Below, one piece after another: positions 8,884 to 18,892 of a DNA stretch of 50,715 nt. The stretch is from Hormoscilla sp. (GTDB lineage Bacteria > Cyanobacteriota > Cyanobacteriia > Cyanobacteriales > Desertifilaceae): contig JBFRWI010000024.1 in the NCBI GenBank assembly GCA_051439505.1, forward strand, positions 1-50,715, written 5' to 3'. How positions within the stretch are numbered: position 1 is the first letter of the stretch; every line of letters starts with the position of its first letter. The notes under the pieces were generated by a model that worked only from the letters and a program-made list of their open reading frames with translations, did not search any database and had not been told where the DNA came from. Made by a program: the position numbers and the translations under genes.

Positions 8884-10323
8884 TTATTGTACCAGAGGCA
8901 ATAAAATTTCAAATTCAGTGCCCGACCCCTGCTGCGATCGCACCTGAAACTCCCCGCCATGTTTAGCGGTGACGATCTGATAACTTACCGCCAAACTTGT
9001 TTCCTTTTCTTCTCGTTTTTCTACTGAAAACGATTCCCGAATTTCTTTCAGCTTTTTCGCAGATAACCCCGGACCATTATCAGCAATATTGATGGAAATC
9101 CAGCGATTATCGCGAGTATTTGGCTTGTTTTTCTTGAGCGAAAAAACCTGAGTTGTAATTTCAATCCGAGGATAGCTCATTTGGCTAATTTCACCGCCCA
9201 ATGAACGAGTAAATTCGAGAGTCACAGCCTGATTTAGTAACGCATCAACCGCATTAGTGAGGATATTCATAAACGCCTGATTCAACTGACCGGCAAAGCA
9301 CATCACTGGCGGCAGATGACCGTAATTTCTGACAATTTCAATCTCGCTATTGATCCGGCTTTTCAGCAGTAACAAAATCCCATCCAGACAAGCATGTAAA
9401 TCAGCCGCTTTAGGATAAACTTCATCAATATGGCAGAAATTTTGCAAACTCGTCATCAGAATTTTTAACCGTTCCGATCCCTTTTGAATACTCTTAATTG
9501 CTCGCGGCAAGTCAGCTTGTAAAAACTCAAATTCTATTTCGGCTTTCAACTCGCTAATTTCTATCGGAGACAGATTGTTTTCATAAGCTAAGAGCAATTC
9601 CATCACATACTGATTATAGATAGAAACAAAATTTAAGTTGCCCCAAATAAAATTCACCGGGTCTAAAACCTCATGAGCCACCCCATCCACTAGACGTCCC
9701 AAACTCGCCATTTTCTCAGTTTGAATCATCTGGACCTGGGCCCGTTCGTAGCGCACCTGAGCCTCAATACCTCTCAGCAGCCAAGCAGCCTGGTTTAATT
9801 CATTAATGTCCAATATATGATAAGTTTGGGAGTCCCCTTTCACCACCACCGGTTCTCCTAACAATTCCGGCGATCGCCTAAAAGCCTGTCCCACCGCCTC
9901 CAGGATCGGCATTGTTGAGGGAAGCACCAAAATTTCCGTGCGCGCGTAGCTGTAGAGCACCTCCACCGATTGACTTAAAAACAGCTTTATACCCTGAGGG
10001 CGCAGCAGCAATTCTAACAAAATCCGCCGGGATATCATACCCGTGAATTCACTCCTCTCTAGCAAGATAGCACCTGGAAGTTTCCGATATTTCTCAAACA
10101 TGCGGGCCAGATCCACTCCCAAGCAGCTAATCTCTACCTGAAAATCATGTAGCGGCAAATCCCCCAAAGTCGATTCTAGAGAGAATGCCCGATCGCTCCC
10201 CTCAGAGAAAGACGGTGGCGATAATTGAGAATCTATTTTCTGGAACATAGGCGCGATCAAAATGAACAGCTGTTTGCTGGGCTTTGCCACCACAGGATTC
10301 ATCTTACCCTGACATTTCTCCAC
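8884..10323 (-). CDS. sensor histidine kinase-like protein, CBS-like N-terminus, degenerate ATP lid
   Basis: EKMASLGRLVDGVAHEVLDP H-box; NILTNAVDA and DNGPG present; F/G2 region replaced by FSVEKREEKETSL; start uncertain. Confidence 0.8.
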   Translation of the reverse strand: MEKCQGKMNPVVAKPSKQLFILIAPMFQKIDSQLSPPSFSEGSDRAFSLESTLGDLPLHDFQVEISCLGVDLARMFEKYRKLPGAILLERSEFTGMISRRILLELLLRPQGIKLFLSQSVEVLYSYARTEILVLPSTMPILEAVGQAFRRSPELLGEPVVVKGDSQTYHILDINELNQAAWLLRGIEAQVRYERAQVQMIQTEKMASLGRLVDGVAHEVLDPVNFIWGNLNFVSIYNQYVMELLLAYENNLSPIEISELKAEIEFEFLQADLPRAIKSIQKGSERLKILMTSLQNFCHIDEVYPKAADLHACLDGILLLLKSRINSEIEIVRNYGHLPPVMCFAGQLNQAFMNILTNAVDALLNQAVTLEFTRSLGGEISQMSYPRIEITTQVFSLKKNKPNTRDNRWISINIADNGPGLSAKKLKEIRESFSVEKREEKETSLAVSYQIVTAKHGGEFQVRSQQGSGTEFEILLPLVQ

Positions 10324-10425
10324 CTACCTCTTCCTGTAGTATAGTATGTACTGCCCCTCACCGAAGCATGTCCAGAAAGTCAATAAGTATTTTGACAACT
10401 GACCACTAACAACTGACCGCTAACA

Positions 10426-11769
10426 TCACTCCTCATATTCTCCCACGGGCAGTAAGATTTCAAACTCAGTGCCCATCCCTGCTTCCGATCGCACCTGTAG
10501 TTCTCCCTTATGCTTCTGGGTGATAATTTGATGAGATATTGCCAATCCCAATCCCGTGCCCTTGCCCACGGGCTTAGTAGTAAAGAAAGTTTCAAAAATC
10601 CGCTCTTGAATTTCCCGAGGCATCCCAGTACCATTATCACCAATCCGGATGCTCACCCAGGGAGATTCCGAGACATATATAGATGATGTAGTAATCTCAA
10701 TTTGGGGTTGCCAACTATCACTGGCATCTTTGCGCTCCATCATCGCGTCCATCCCATTAGTAATAATGTTCATGAACACCTGAGAAAGCTGTCCCGAATA
10801 GCAAAGCACTAGGGGGATATTTCCATATTTTTTTACCACATTAATCCCCTGTTTTATTTTATTTCGCAAAATCAACAGAGTGCTATCAATACATTCATGT
10901 AAATTTGCTGGCTGAGGACTTGCCTCACTCGTGCGCGAAAAGTTGCGCAGACCGCCTATCAGTCTGTTTAATTGCTCTGTACTCACCTCCATACTTGCAA
11001 TTATTTCTGGCAAATCTTCTGCTAAAAAATCCAATTCAATGTCTGACTTCATCGACTCGATTTTCGACGATGCGGTTGACATTTCTTCTTCATAAGCCAA
11101 CACCATATTTAGTAAATCTTTACTATAATTGGACATAAATTGTAAGTTCCCCGCGATCGAGTTTACCGGGTTTCTAATTTCGTGAGCTACACCAGCCACC
11201 ATCTGTCCCAAGCTCGCCAATTTTTCTGTTTGAATTAACTGCTCTTGAGTTTGTTCGCGCAGCAACTTAGTTGTCAATTCATGGATCTGGGATTGGGCCA
11301 CCAGTAGCTCGTGCAAGTCCAGCAAGCGATAATCCGCAGGGGCCAACTGCACTATGACCGGATCGTAGATCGATTCAGGCGATCGCTGCAAAGCCTTCCG
11401 CGCCGCTTCCACAATTAACGTCTCGCCGGTACAGATCAATATCTTTGTCTGGGACTCCACGAATTGATGAAAAATCCTAATCGGTCGCCGCAGAAACAAC
11501 TCCAAACTATAGGGACGGCTCATATGTTCCCAAAACCGGCGTCGGCAAACCATCCCTGTAAAATTTCCCTCGTCTGTCAAGACCACTCCCGGCAGCAGCT
11601 GATTGGCTTCAAAGATTTGATATACTGCTCGCCCCGGTTGATGAGCTTCTACCTGACAATCGTATAGGGACAGTTCCTTTAGCTTTGACTCTAAATTTAG
11701 GGAATCCATATCTACTGAGGGTCTGTCTGGTATCGTGGATGAATCCGAGCGGCATGCTTGCAACATCAT
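10426..11769 (-). CDS. sensor histidine kinase, CBS-like N-terminus
   Basis: AHEIRNP, NIITNGMDA, DNGTG, FFTTKPVGKGTGLGL. Confidence 0.9.
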   Translation of the reverse strand: MMLQACRSDSSTIPDRPSVDMDSLNLESKLKELSLYDCQVEAHQPGRAVYQIFEANQLLPGVVLTDEGNFTGMVCRRRFWEHMSRPYSLELFLRRPIRIFHQFVESQTKILICTGETLIVEAARKALQRSPESIYDPVIVQLAPADYRLLDLHELLVAQSQIHELTTKLLREQTQEQLIQTEKLASLGQMVAGVAHEIRNPVNSIAGNLQFMSNYSKDLLNMVLAYEEEMSTASSKIESMKSDIELDFLAEDLPEIIASMEVSTEQLNRLIGGLRNFSRTSEASPQPANLHECIDSTLLILRNKIKQGINVVKKYGNIPLVLCYSGQLSQVFMNIITNGMDAMMERKDASDSWQPQIEITTSSIYVSESPWVSIRIGDNGTGMPREIQERIFETFFTTKPVGKGTGLGLAISHQIITQKHKGELQVRSEAGMGTEFEILLPVGEYEE

Positions 11770-11956
11770 AATTTTCTATTCACGCTTCACTAGATCTTTA
11801 TGATAAGCAATCTTTGTCACCTTGAACATTCACCTCATCTGAATTTAGGGATAATTTTATTCTGTTTTACTTAATTTTGATCTCAAATTAATCTGTTCTT
11901 AATCTATTAATTAAAAATTAACCTACTGGGCAACCGCCCGCATTAAAAAGAAGATA

Positions 11957-12967
11957 TTATTGGCTCAGAACAGCCCGATCGCGTCCCTGTTGTTTAGCCT
12001 CATAGAGAGCCGCATCAGCTGCTGCAATCAATTGATTAGGCCCAGAGACGATCGGAGCGGGGATGGTACTGGCAACGCCCAAACTCAAAGTGACATACTG
12101 GCTGACTAAAGAGGCGCTATGGGCGATCGCGCAATTTTTCACCTCATCTCGGATGTTTTTGGCCACAGAGAGAGCCCCCTCCAGATCGGTGTTAGGTAAA
12201 ATCACCGAAAATTCTTCCCCTCCGTAGCGCGCCACCAAATCCGTTGTACGGCGTACAGCCCTAGAGATAGCTTTAGCGATCTGTTGCAAGCAGGAGTCAC
12301 CAGCTTGATGACCATAGGTATCGTTGTAGAGCTTGAAATAATCCACATCACACATAATCAGGGACAATTGCGCTCTGGAACTAGCTAACCGACGCCAGTT
12401 CTTATCCAGATAGGAGTCAAACAGGCGTCGGTTAGCCAGCTTAGTCAAGCCATCTAGAGAAGCAAGGCGTTGCAACTTTGTGTTGGCCGACTCCAACAAT
12501 TGAGTTGTCAGCTTGTGAATTTCTGAAGAAGCCCTCAGCAATTCATGAGCATCCAGTAAGCGGTAGTCAGACGAACTCAGCTGCACCACGAGCGGTTCAT
12601 AGATCAAATCGGGCGATCGCTGCAAGGACTGATGAGCAGCGTCTACAATTAACATATCCCGAGTCACCATCAAAACTTCACTACTGGCAAAACGATGTAG
12701 GGATCTCAGGGGTCGTTTCAGAAACAGTTCCAAGCCATAGGGACGGCTCATCTGCTCCAAAAACCGGCGTCGAGAAATCATCCCTATATACTGCCCCTGT
12801 TCTGTCAAGATTACTCCAGGCAGCAGCGGATTACCATCCATTGCTTGAGCAACTTCCTGACCTGGCTGCTCCAATGATATTTGAAAATCATAAACTGTCA
12901 GTTCCAAAATCGTTGACTTTTGAGTGAGGTTATGCATATCGATCTCAGACCGGGGTCGAACAAACAA
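11957..12967 (-). CDS. diguanylate cyclase (GGDEF) with CBS-like N-terminus
   Basis: DGLTKLANRR, DVDYFKLYNDTYGH, RTTD I-site, RYGGEEF. Confidence 0.92.
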   Translation of the reverse strand: MFVRPRSEIDMHNLTQKSTILELTVYDFQISLEQPGQEVAQAMDGNPLLPGVILTEQGQYIGMISRRRFLEQMSRPYGLELFLKRPLRSLHRFASSEVLMVTRDMLIVDAAHQSLQRSPDLIYEPLVVQLSSSDYRLLDAHELLRASSEIHKLTTQLLESANTKLQRLASLDGLTKLANRRLFDSYLDKNWRRLASSRAQLSLIMCDVDYFKLYNDTYGHQAGDSCLQQIAKAISRAVRRTTDLVARYGGEEFSVILPNTDLEGALSVAKNIRDEVKNCAIAHSASLVSQYVTLSLGVASTIPAPIVSGPNQLIAAADAALYEAKQQGRDRAVLSQ

Positions 12968-13001
12968 TTAAACACTGCCGAGTCTCACGGCATAGCTAAA
13001 A

Positions 13002-13403
13002 TTACATTTTGTCACTGCCAGACCCGATCGACGGCAGTTCGGCGTCGTTCTGTCGCGTAATTGCTGACCGCTGACCATTAAAATCTACCCCTGTGGTGCT
13101 GTCCGCCCCTGATGGAAAAGAGCCGGTCATATGCGCCAAGAGTTCGCGCAATTTCATCCGATTGATATAGGGCCAGCCCCCTTCTGCTTCAATATCTTTC
13201 ACGAGAGAGTAAAGATCCTGACGGTTATCTGGTAAAGACTCTTGAAACAGACCTTCCCGAATTTCTCGATGCAGAGCTTCCAGCTGGCGTAGCAGCTGTA
13301 GGAGAGCCAAAGTATCTCCTCGACAATCTGCAGCCCGAGCAGAGATCGTATCGGTAATGGCTTGCAGATCCCGTTGTGAGTTATCATTACTGCCGCTATT
13401 CAT
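13002..13403 (-). CDS. hypothetical protein
   Basis: 133-aa ORF with helical core LLRQLEALHREIRE...GGWPYI, co-directional with the GGDEF gene. Confidence 0.7.
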   Translation of the reverse strand: MNSGSNDNSQRDLQAITDTISARAADCRGDTLALLQLLRQLEALHREIREGLFQESLPDNRQDLYSLVKDIEAEGGWPYINRMKLRELLAHMTGSFPSGADSTTGVDFNGQRSAITRQNDAELPSIGSGSDKM

Positions 13404-13834
13404 GCTATAGTCTATTGTGCTTTATGGGGACAAATCAAATCTAGCCCAATCTCGGGGTTGATTTAGGAGGGAAGTTGACTTGAGGATGCACCGGTGAGGT
13501 GATGGTAGAGGAACTGGAAGTAACTGATACTTCCCAACGCTCGCATCCCATACACCGCGATCGGGACAAGGGGGCACCTGAGGTGCGTATGTTTTGAATT
13601 TTCCGCTCCCAAGGGTGAGTGGGCGAGTGAGAACAGATAGATCGTTAATTGTCTAGACAAATTTCCATTTGTCATCCCATCACCCTCTCACAAATCGCCC
13701 TCTCACCCCCGAAAACAAACCAAAATCTCAAAAACTTACCCCTGCGAGCAAAGGGGCACCCCCTTTGGTAAAATACAATGCATGTGTTTATCATCCATAC
13801 AAACTGCGTACTTCATATATAGAGGTTGATTGTC

Positions 13835-14662
13835 ATGAGGTATCGTGCCTTAATTGTTACCATCCTGGTATTGTGCTTGACCGTCATCACAGCTTGTAGT
13901 GAAGGCCCTACAGCTGACAGTACAAAGCAGCTTACCTACGACGATATCAAAAACACGGGTCTAGCCAATAACTGTCCAGAATTGCTGGGACCTGGCCGTG
14001 GTGCAATTGCCATCGATCAGAGCCAGACCTATATCATGAGCGATCTGTGCTTGCAGCCGACCCGCTTCTTCGTCAAGGAAGAATCCTCTAATCGCCGGAA
14101 AGAGGCAGAATTTGTTGAGGGCAAACTATTGACCCGCTACACTTCCTCCCTGACCCAGATCCTGGGCCCGGTGACATCTAACCCTGACAAGAGTCTGACC
14201 TTTGTCGAAGAAGATGGCATCGACTTCCAACCAGTTACTGTGCTACTGCCTGGTGGCGAGCAAGTGCCTTTCTTCTTCACCCTTAAAGGACTCGTGGCCA
14301 AGAGCCAACCTGGCATGGAGAGCATTAATAGCTCGACTGATTTTGAAGGGGAATTTAACGTGCCCTCCTATCGGGGTGCGACATTTTTGGATCCCAAAGG
14401 TCGCGGGGTAGCCACCGGTTATGACAATGCCGTGGCTCTGCCAGCGGGTGCGGATGCTGAGGACCTCACTCTTGCCAATGTCAAGCGGACTGCGATCCGC
14501 AAGGGCAAGATTTCCCTGGCAATCAACAAGGTTGACAGCAGCACTGGCGAAGTTGCGGGCACCTTCGAGAGCGAACAGCCCTCAGATACAGATTTGGGAG
14601 CCCAAGAACCTGTGGATGTGAAGATTAGCGGCAAGTTTTACGCTATTGTGCAACCAGAATAA
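13835..14662 (+). CDS. psbO: photosystem II manganese-stabilising protein
   Basis: MRYRALI signal, LTYDDIKNTGLANNCP, EEDGIDFQ, FLDPKGRG, GYDNAVALP, QPSDTDLG. Confidence 0.97.
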   Translation: MRYRALIVTILVLCLTVITACSEGPTADSTKQLTYDDIKNTGLANNCPELLGPGRGAIAIDQSQTYIMSDLCLQPTRFFVKEESSNRRKEAEFVEGKLLTRYTSSLTQILGPVTSNPDKSLTFVEEDGIDFQPVTVLLPGGEQVPFFFTLKGLVAKSQPGMESINSSTDFEGEFNVPSYRGATFLDPKGRGVATGYDNAVALPAGADAEDLTLANVKRTAIRKGKISLAINKVDSSTGEVAGTFESEQPSDTDLGAQEPVDVKISGKFYAIVQPE

Positions 14663-14705
14663 GTGTAAATCATCTTCGCGCTCTTTGAGTTTAGCCCCAT
14701 CTATA

Positions 14706-14739
14706 ACTCCCGCGTAAGCGGGAGTCGGACGCTCTTTTT
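14706..14739 (+). terminator. putative intrinsic terminator after psbO
   Basis: actcccgc-gtaa-gcgggagt hairpin; T-run follows about 9 nt later. Confidence 0.45.
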
Positions 14740-14842
14740 GGTGAGTACATTATTGGGTTCGATCGCAATTGTATATGTGGAATGAGTCAGTAGCAGCCAG
14801 GGAGATAGAGAGGGGTGCATCTGGTGTGCAAGCTTCTTGAGC

Positions 14843-14876
14843 AATTGAAAATTGAAAATTGAAAATTGAAAATTGA
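14843..14876. repeat. STRR-like heptamer tandem (AATTGAA)n
   Basis: aattgaa repeated about 5 times. Confidence 0.8.
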
Positions 14877-15205
14877 GCAAGGATACAAAGAGTAAAGCTA
14901 TCTATTCATGACTACAAATGACGATCTCAATTAACCATTGACAATAGCGCTCCTGCACGCTCCGGGCCCCCTCCGCTGCGCGACTTCGTCCTCTGCAATT
15001 AGCAGCCGGAATCATCGGTGGAGTTGTGCAACGCCAAATTTGCTTCAGTATAATCGCTATTGCCAGGGAGGAAATCAAGTGGTAGTGGTAATTTACAGAT
15101 GGCTGTGCTAAGATCTGTGTTGTAGGTGATAGCGGGCAATAGCAGCCTGTGTCCAGCAATATTGATGCCTCCTAAATTAACAAAAAAACGAAGAAAAATA
15201 TAGTC

Positions 15206-15997
15206 ATGTCTACAAAAATAAGCAGCAAAGAACTGAAAAACGATAGCTTGGATATGTTGCGAGAGTACCAGCAATCGGCATCCCTGGAACTGCGCAATCA
15301 GATAGTGCAACTGAATATCGGACTGGTGAGAAAAGAAGCGCATCAGTGGCTGAACCATTGTACGGAAAACTACGAAGATTTGGTGCAAGTGGGCTGTATA
15401 GGCTTAATTAGAGCGATTGAACGGTTTGAAATGTCGAAAGGACATGCTTTCAGTTCATTTGCAACTCCTTACATTCGGGGCGAAATCCAACATTATCTCA
15501 GGGATAAAAGCAACACGGTCCGCATTCCCAGGCGGTGGAAGGGACTGCAAAAGCAGGCGGCGTCGGTGAAAAGGGACTTGCAAGGAAAGTTGCATCGCAG
15601 GCCAACAGACTCAGAGATAGCCTCAGCCCTGGAGATTTCGGTAGAGGAATGGTCGGAAATTAAGCTGGCCAATCAAAATCAGATTCCTTTGAGCTTGGAT
15701 GCACCGGTAGTAGAGGAAGGGGAAAAGGTCACTTGCCTGGGAGAATTGGTACCGGATACGCGCTATCGGAGTTTTCAATTAGCCCAAGAAGACCAGATTC
15801 GTCTGCAACAGGCCCTGGTGCAGCTGGAAAATCGCACTCGCGAAATCCTGGAATTTGTATTTTTGCAAGATTTAACGCAAAAGGAAACGGCAGAACGCCT
15901 GGGTATTAGTGCGGTGACAGTTTCTCGCCGGGTGAAAAAAGGGTTGGAAATGCTGAAAAAATTAATGGATGGGACGGAGTCAAGGAACGATAATTAA
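15206..15997 (+). CDS. sigF: RNA polymerase sigma factor SigF (group 3)
   Basis: LNIGLVRKEAH, EDLVQVGCIGLIRAIERF, YIRGEIQHYLRDK, TQKETAERLGISAVTVSR. Confidence 0.92.
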   Translation: MSTKISSKELKNDSLDMLREYQQSASLELRNQIVQLNIGLVRKEAHQWLNHCTENYEDLVQVGCIGLIRAIERFEMSKGHAFSSFATPYIRGEIQHYLRDKSNTVRIPRRWKGLQKQAASVKRDLQGKLHRRPTDSEIASALEISVEEWSEIKLANQNQIPLSLDAPVVEEGEKVTCLGELVPDTRYRSFQLAQEDQIRLQQALVQLENRTREILEFVFLQDLTQKETAERLGISAVTVSRRVKKGLEMLKKLMDGTESRNDN

Positions 15998-16164
15998 AAG
16001 CGAAAATCATAAATTAGAGACAAAAAGGCAAACAAAGACAAGGGTTGTCAATTGTGAAGTGGTGATGTTGATAGGTTGATGGTCTGAAGTGAATGCTTGA
16101 CAGTAAAAAAAAGGAGAGATAGCTGTTTAATTGGCAATTTTCAACAAGATTTCGGGGGCAGCAG

Positions 16165-16968
16165 ATGAAGAAAGTAGATTATAGGATCTGGGTAGGGGTG
16201 CTGGCTGTGTTAATGGGTGGCTGCGGGTCGGATGGTGGCGATGGCCAAGCAGATACAGCCTCGCCAGCAGCTCCGAAAGCCCCGGCGACAACGCAAGCAG
16301 CAGCTCCCAAAGCATCTCCACCAGCATCAGAACTAGAGCCGATAGTGGCTCCTTTACCTTCAGCTCCAGACTTGATTCAATCGACGAATGCAGAACAGCG
16401 AATTAAAGAGATAGAGCAGCCCTCTGGACAGCAACAGGATCCATTTAATGTCTTGAGCTTGCCGCCGATCGTCGAGCTTCCAGAAGATAGCCTGGAAAGG
16501 GGTAGAGGAAACCCAATAGATCCAAACCCCAGACCAGGGCCACCAGTGAGTATAAATCCTCCCAGAGGAAACGGTCCACTCCCCCCTAGGAATGGTGCAG
16601 GAAATAATGGAGAAGAAATAGAACCGATAATATACCCCACTCTCCCACAAATGGAACCCATGCCCCCGATCGGGCAGTTACCGATCGCGGTAGTGGGACC
16701 AGCAGCGCAACCGCCACCACCAGAAATAGCCACGGCGGTGACGGTTTCGGGAGTGATGGAATTAGGGGGTACACTGCAGGCGATTGTGACGGCACCGGAT
16801 GAACCTACTCGACAGGTGAAAGTTGGCGATCGGTTGGCTTCTGGAGCAGTGATCGTGAAGCGCATAGAAATTAACTCCTTTACTAAGCCAGCGGTAATTC
16901 TAGAGGAAAACGGGTATGAGGTGGCAAGAGAATTGGGAGATAAACCATCATCGGAAGAGCAACCATAG
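16165..16968 (+). CDS. proline-rich lipoprotein with PilP-like C-terminal domain (putative)
   Basis: Lipobox LMGGC, low-complexity linker, QDPF motif, C-terminal VSGVMELGGTLQAIV...RQVKVGDRL...VKRI. Confidence 0.55.
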   Translation: MKKVDYRIWVGVLAVLMGGCGSDGGDGQADTASPAAPKAPATTQAAAPKASPPASELEPIVAPLPSAPDLIQSTNAEQRIKEIEQPSGQQQDPFNVLSLPPIVELPEDSLERGRGNPIDPNPRPGPPVSINPPRGNGPLPPRNGAGNNGEEIEPIIYPTLPQMEPMPPIGQLPIAVVGPAAQPPPPEIATAVTVSGVMELGGTLQAIVTAPDEPTRQVKVGDRLASGAVIVKRIEINSFTKPAVILEENGYEVARELGDKPSSEEQP

Positions 16969-17027
16969 AAATTCGGGTTAAAGGGTTTGGTGGCAATTAT
17001 ATATCTGAGAACAATGATCGATGAACA

Positions 17028-17771
17028 ATGAAGAATTACCCTCGAAATTACCAGAGAAAATTGGCGATCGCCATATTGCTAGCTTTGAGTTGGAATATTG
17101 CTAGCTATTTTCAGAATGGAATGCTAGCATGGGGGCAATCAGGAACGGAAGAATTGACTCCTACTTGTCAACCTAACAGATCCACGGCTTGGGTAAAATG
17201 CAATTACCCCAATGGTGACAACTTTGAGGGCGACCTGGTGAATGGGATAATCGAAGGTAGGGGAGTGTATGTATACGCCAATGGGAACCGCTACGAGGGA
17301 GAGTTTCGCAATGGTAAGCCTCATGGCAGGGGGTTATTTATCAGTGCAGATGATGCCCGCTTCGAGGGACTGTTTGAGAATGGCACGATTAAAAACGGGA
17401 TAGTTGTTTTTCCTGATGGCAACCGCTACGAGGGTGAATTCGATCTGGTTCAAGAAATTGGCAGTGATATAATCATGAGTCAACCGGGTGGTAAGGGGAG
17501 ATTTATATTTAACGATGGCAGTCGCTACGAGGGTGAATTCTTCGCCGGTCAAATTTTTGGCAGGGGGGTACTCACTCGTCCAGATGGATCTAGCTGCGCG
17601 GGACAGTTCTTCAATGAAAATCTGGACGCGAGAGTGGTTTGCACATTCAGAAACGGAAGTCGCTATGAAGGAGAGTTGCGCCAAGGACGACCTCATGGAG
17701 AAGGGACGATGATAAATGCCAATGGTCGGCGCTTTTCGGGATATTTCCGTAATGGCTTGCTCGTTGAGTAA
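17028..17771 (+). CDS. secreted MORN-repeat protein
   Basis: Signal peptide plus repeated YEGEFxNGxxxGxG units. Confidence 0.9.
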   Translation: MKNYPRNYQRKLAIAILLALSWNIASYFQNGMLAWGQSGTEELTPTCQPNRSTAWVKCNYPNGDNFEGDLVNGIIEGRGVYVYANGNRYEGEFRNGKPHGRGLFISADDARFEGLFENGTIKNGIVVFPDGNRYEGEFDLVQEIGSDIIMSQPGGKGRFIFNDGSRYEGEFFAGQIFGRGVLTRPDGSSCAGQFFNENLDARVVCTFRNGSRYEGELRQGRPHGEGTMINANGRRFSGYFRNGLLVE

Positions 17772-17802
17772 GATAATGGTAAACAACGTTCCCAGTGACA
17801 AC

Positions 17803-17870
17803 GGGTGCATCTCACTTGGGCAGGGGCGCTAGCGCCCCTACATATATATTGGCAAATATGCAGTGTACCC
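17803..17870. mobile_element. 68-bp MITE-like element with target-site duplication
   Basis: Ends gggtgcatctca...tgcagtgtaccc; flanks agtgacaac/actgacaac; internal inverted GTAG hairpin. Confidence 0.6.
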
Positions 17871-17950
17871 ACTGACAACGGATAATGGTCAAGGTTCGCA
17901 CAGTCATTGGCTCTAAAGGCTAAGGTGGATAAATAGCTTTTGGTGATGCC

Positions 17951-18562
17951 ATGACTAATGCGGCTTCTGTTGGTGAGAATACTGGTGGGTTTGTACCTGA
18001 CGCTAGACAGGATGCTGATTTACTCGGAGATCTGGGCTTTGTCCCGGGTTTAAAGGAAATCCTGATGTTGCGACAGGTTCATGCTTTGGAACATGCTACG
18101 GTTTGGGTGCTGAGTGAAGGTGCTGGCTCTTCTGAAGGGACGGCAGATAATCAGCTGTTGGGTGGGATGTCTACGGAGAGGGGCTTCTATCTCTACGGTG
18201 ATGTGACTACCGGTGAATTGCAACGGGCCGTGCATAGGGCTTTAATGCGGATTACTACCGGTGAGTGGAACTTGGCGGTGCATCCCCGCTGCGGCACGAA
18301 TCTGTCGGTGCTGATGCTGCTGACGGCAGGTATGGGTTTTGGTATGACTATGTTGCTGCCGAAAGGCCCGATCGCGCAATTGTTGGGTTTGGGCATTGCG
18401 GCGACGGCTGCTGCCCAGCTGGCTCCGGATCTGGGTGAGGTGGCTCAGCGATACGTGACGACGGCGATTCCTTTTAATTTGGAAATCGCTCAAATCTCGG
18501 CAATACAGGACTTCTGGGGGCGTCCCACCCATTTTGTGGAGGTGCGATGGCAGGAAAGTTAA
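17951..18562 (+). CDS. DUF6391-like membrane protein
   Basis: RQVHALEHATVWVL, LAVHPRCGTNL, two hydrophobic helices. Confidence 0.7.
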   Translation: MTNAASVGENTGGFVPDARQDADLLGDLGFVPGLKEILMLRQVHALEHATVWVLSEGAGSSEGTADNQLLGGMSTERGFYLYGDVTTGELQRAVHRALMRITTGEWNLAVHPRCGTNLSVLMLLTAGMGFGMTMLLPKGPIAQLLGLGIAATAAAQLAPDLGEVAQRYVTTAIPFNLEIAQISAIQDFWGRPTHFVEVRWQES

Positions 18563-18651
18563 CAAAACTTAAAATAGGAAATGCTCTCAGATGCACCTGG
18601 GAGTAGTAGGCTGAAAAACAAACTATCAAGTTCAATAAGGGAAAGGCACTC

Positions 18652-18879
18652 ATGGTTCAACGCGGTTCTAAGGTGAGGATTCTCCGGAAAGAATCTTACT
18701 GGTATCAGGATGTGGGTACGGTGGCTTCGATCGACAAGAGCGGCATTAAGTATCCGGTGATTGTCCGGTTCGACAAGGTCAACTACACTGGCTATAGTGG
18801 CAGCCCCTCTGGCGTGAACACTAATAACTTTGCTGAGAGCGAACTGGTTGAGGTTGCACCTCCGGCGAAGAAGAAATAA
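18652..18879 (+). CDS. psaE: photosystem I subunit IV
   Basis: [18 protein letters not shown]...[12 protein letters not shown]...NTNNFA. Confidence 0.98.
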   Translation: MVQRGSKVRILRKESYWYQDVGTVASIDKSGIKYPVIVRFDKVNYTGYSGSPSGVNTNNFAESELVEVAPPAKKK

Positions 18880-18892
18880 ACGAGACACAGTC

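Noticed and set aside
18830..18892. Longer mutM start overlapping psaE
   Set aside because: MutM needs an N-terminal PELPE; GTG 18893 provides it
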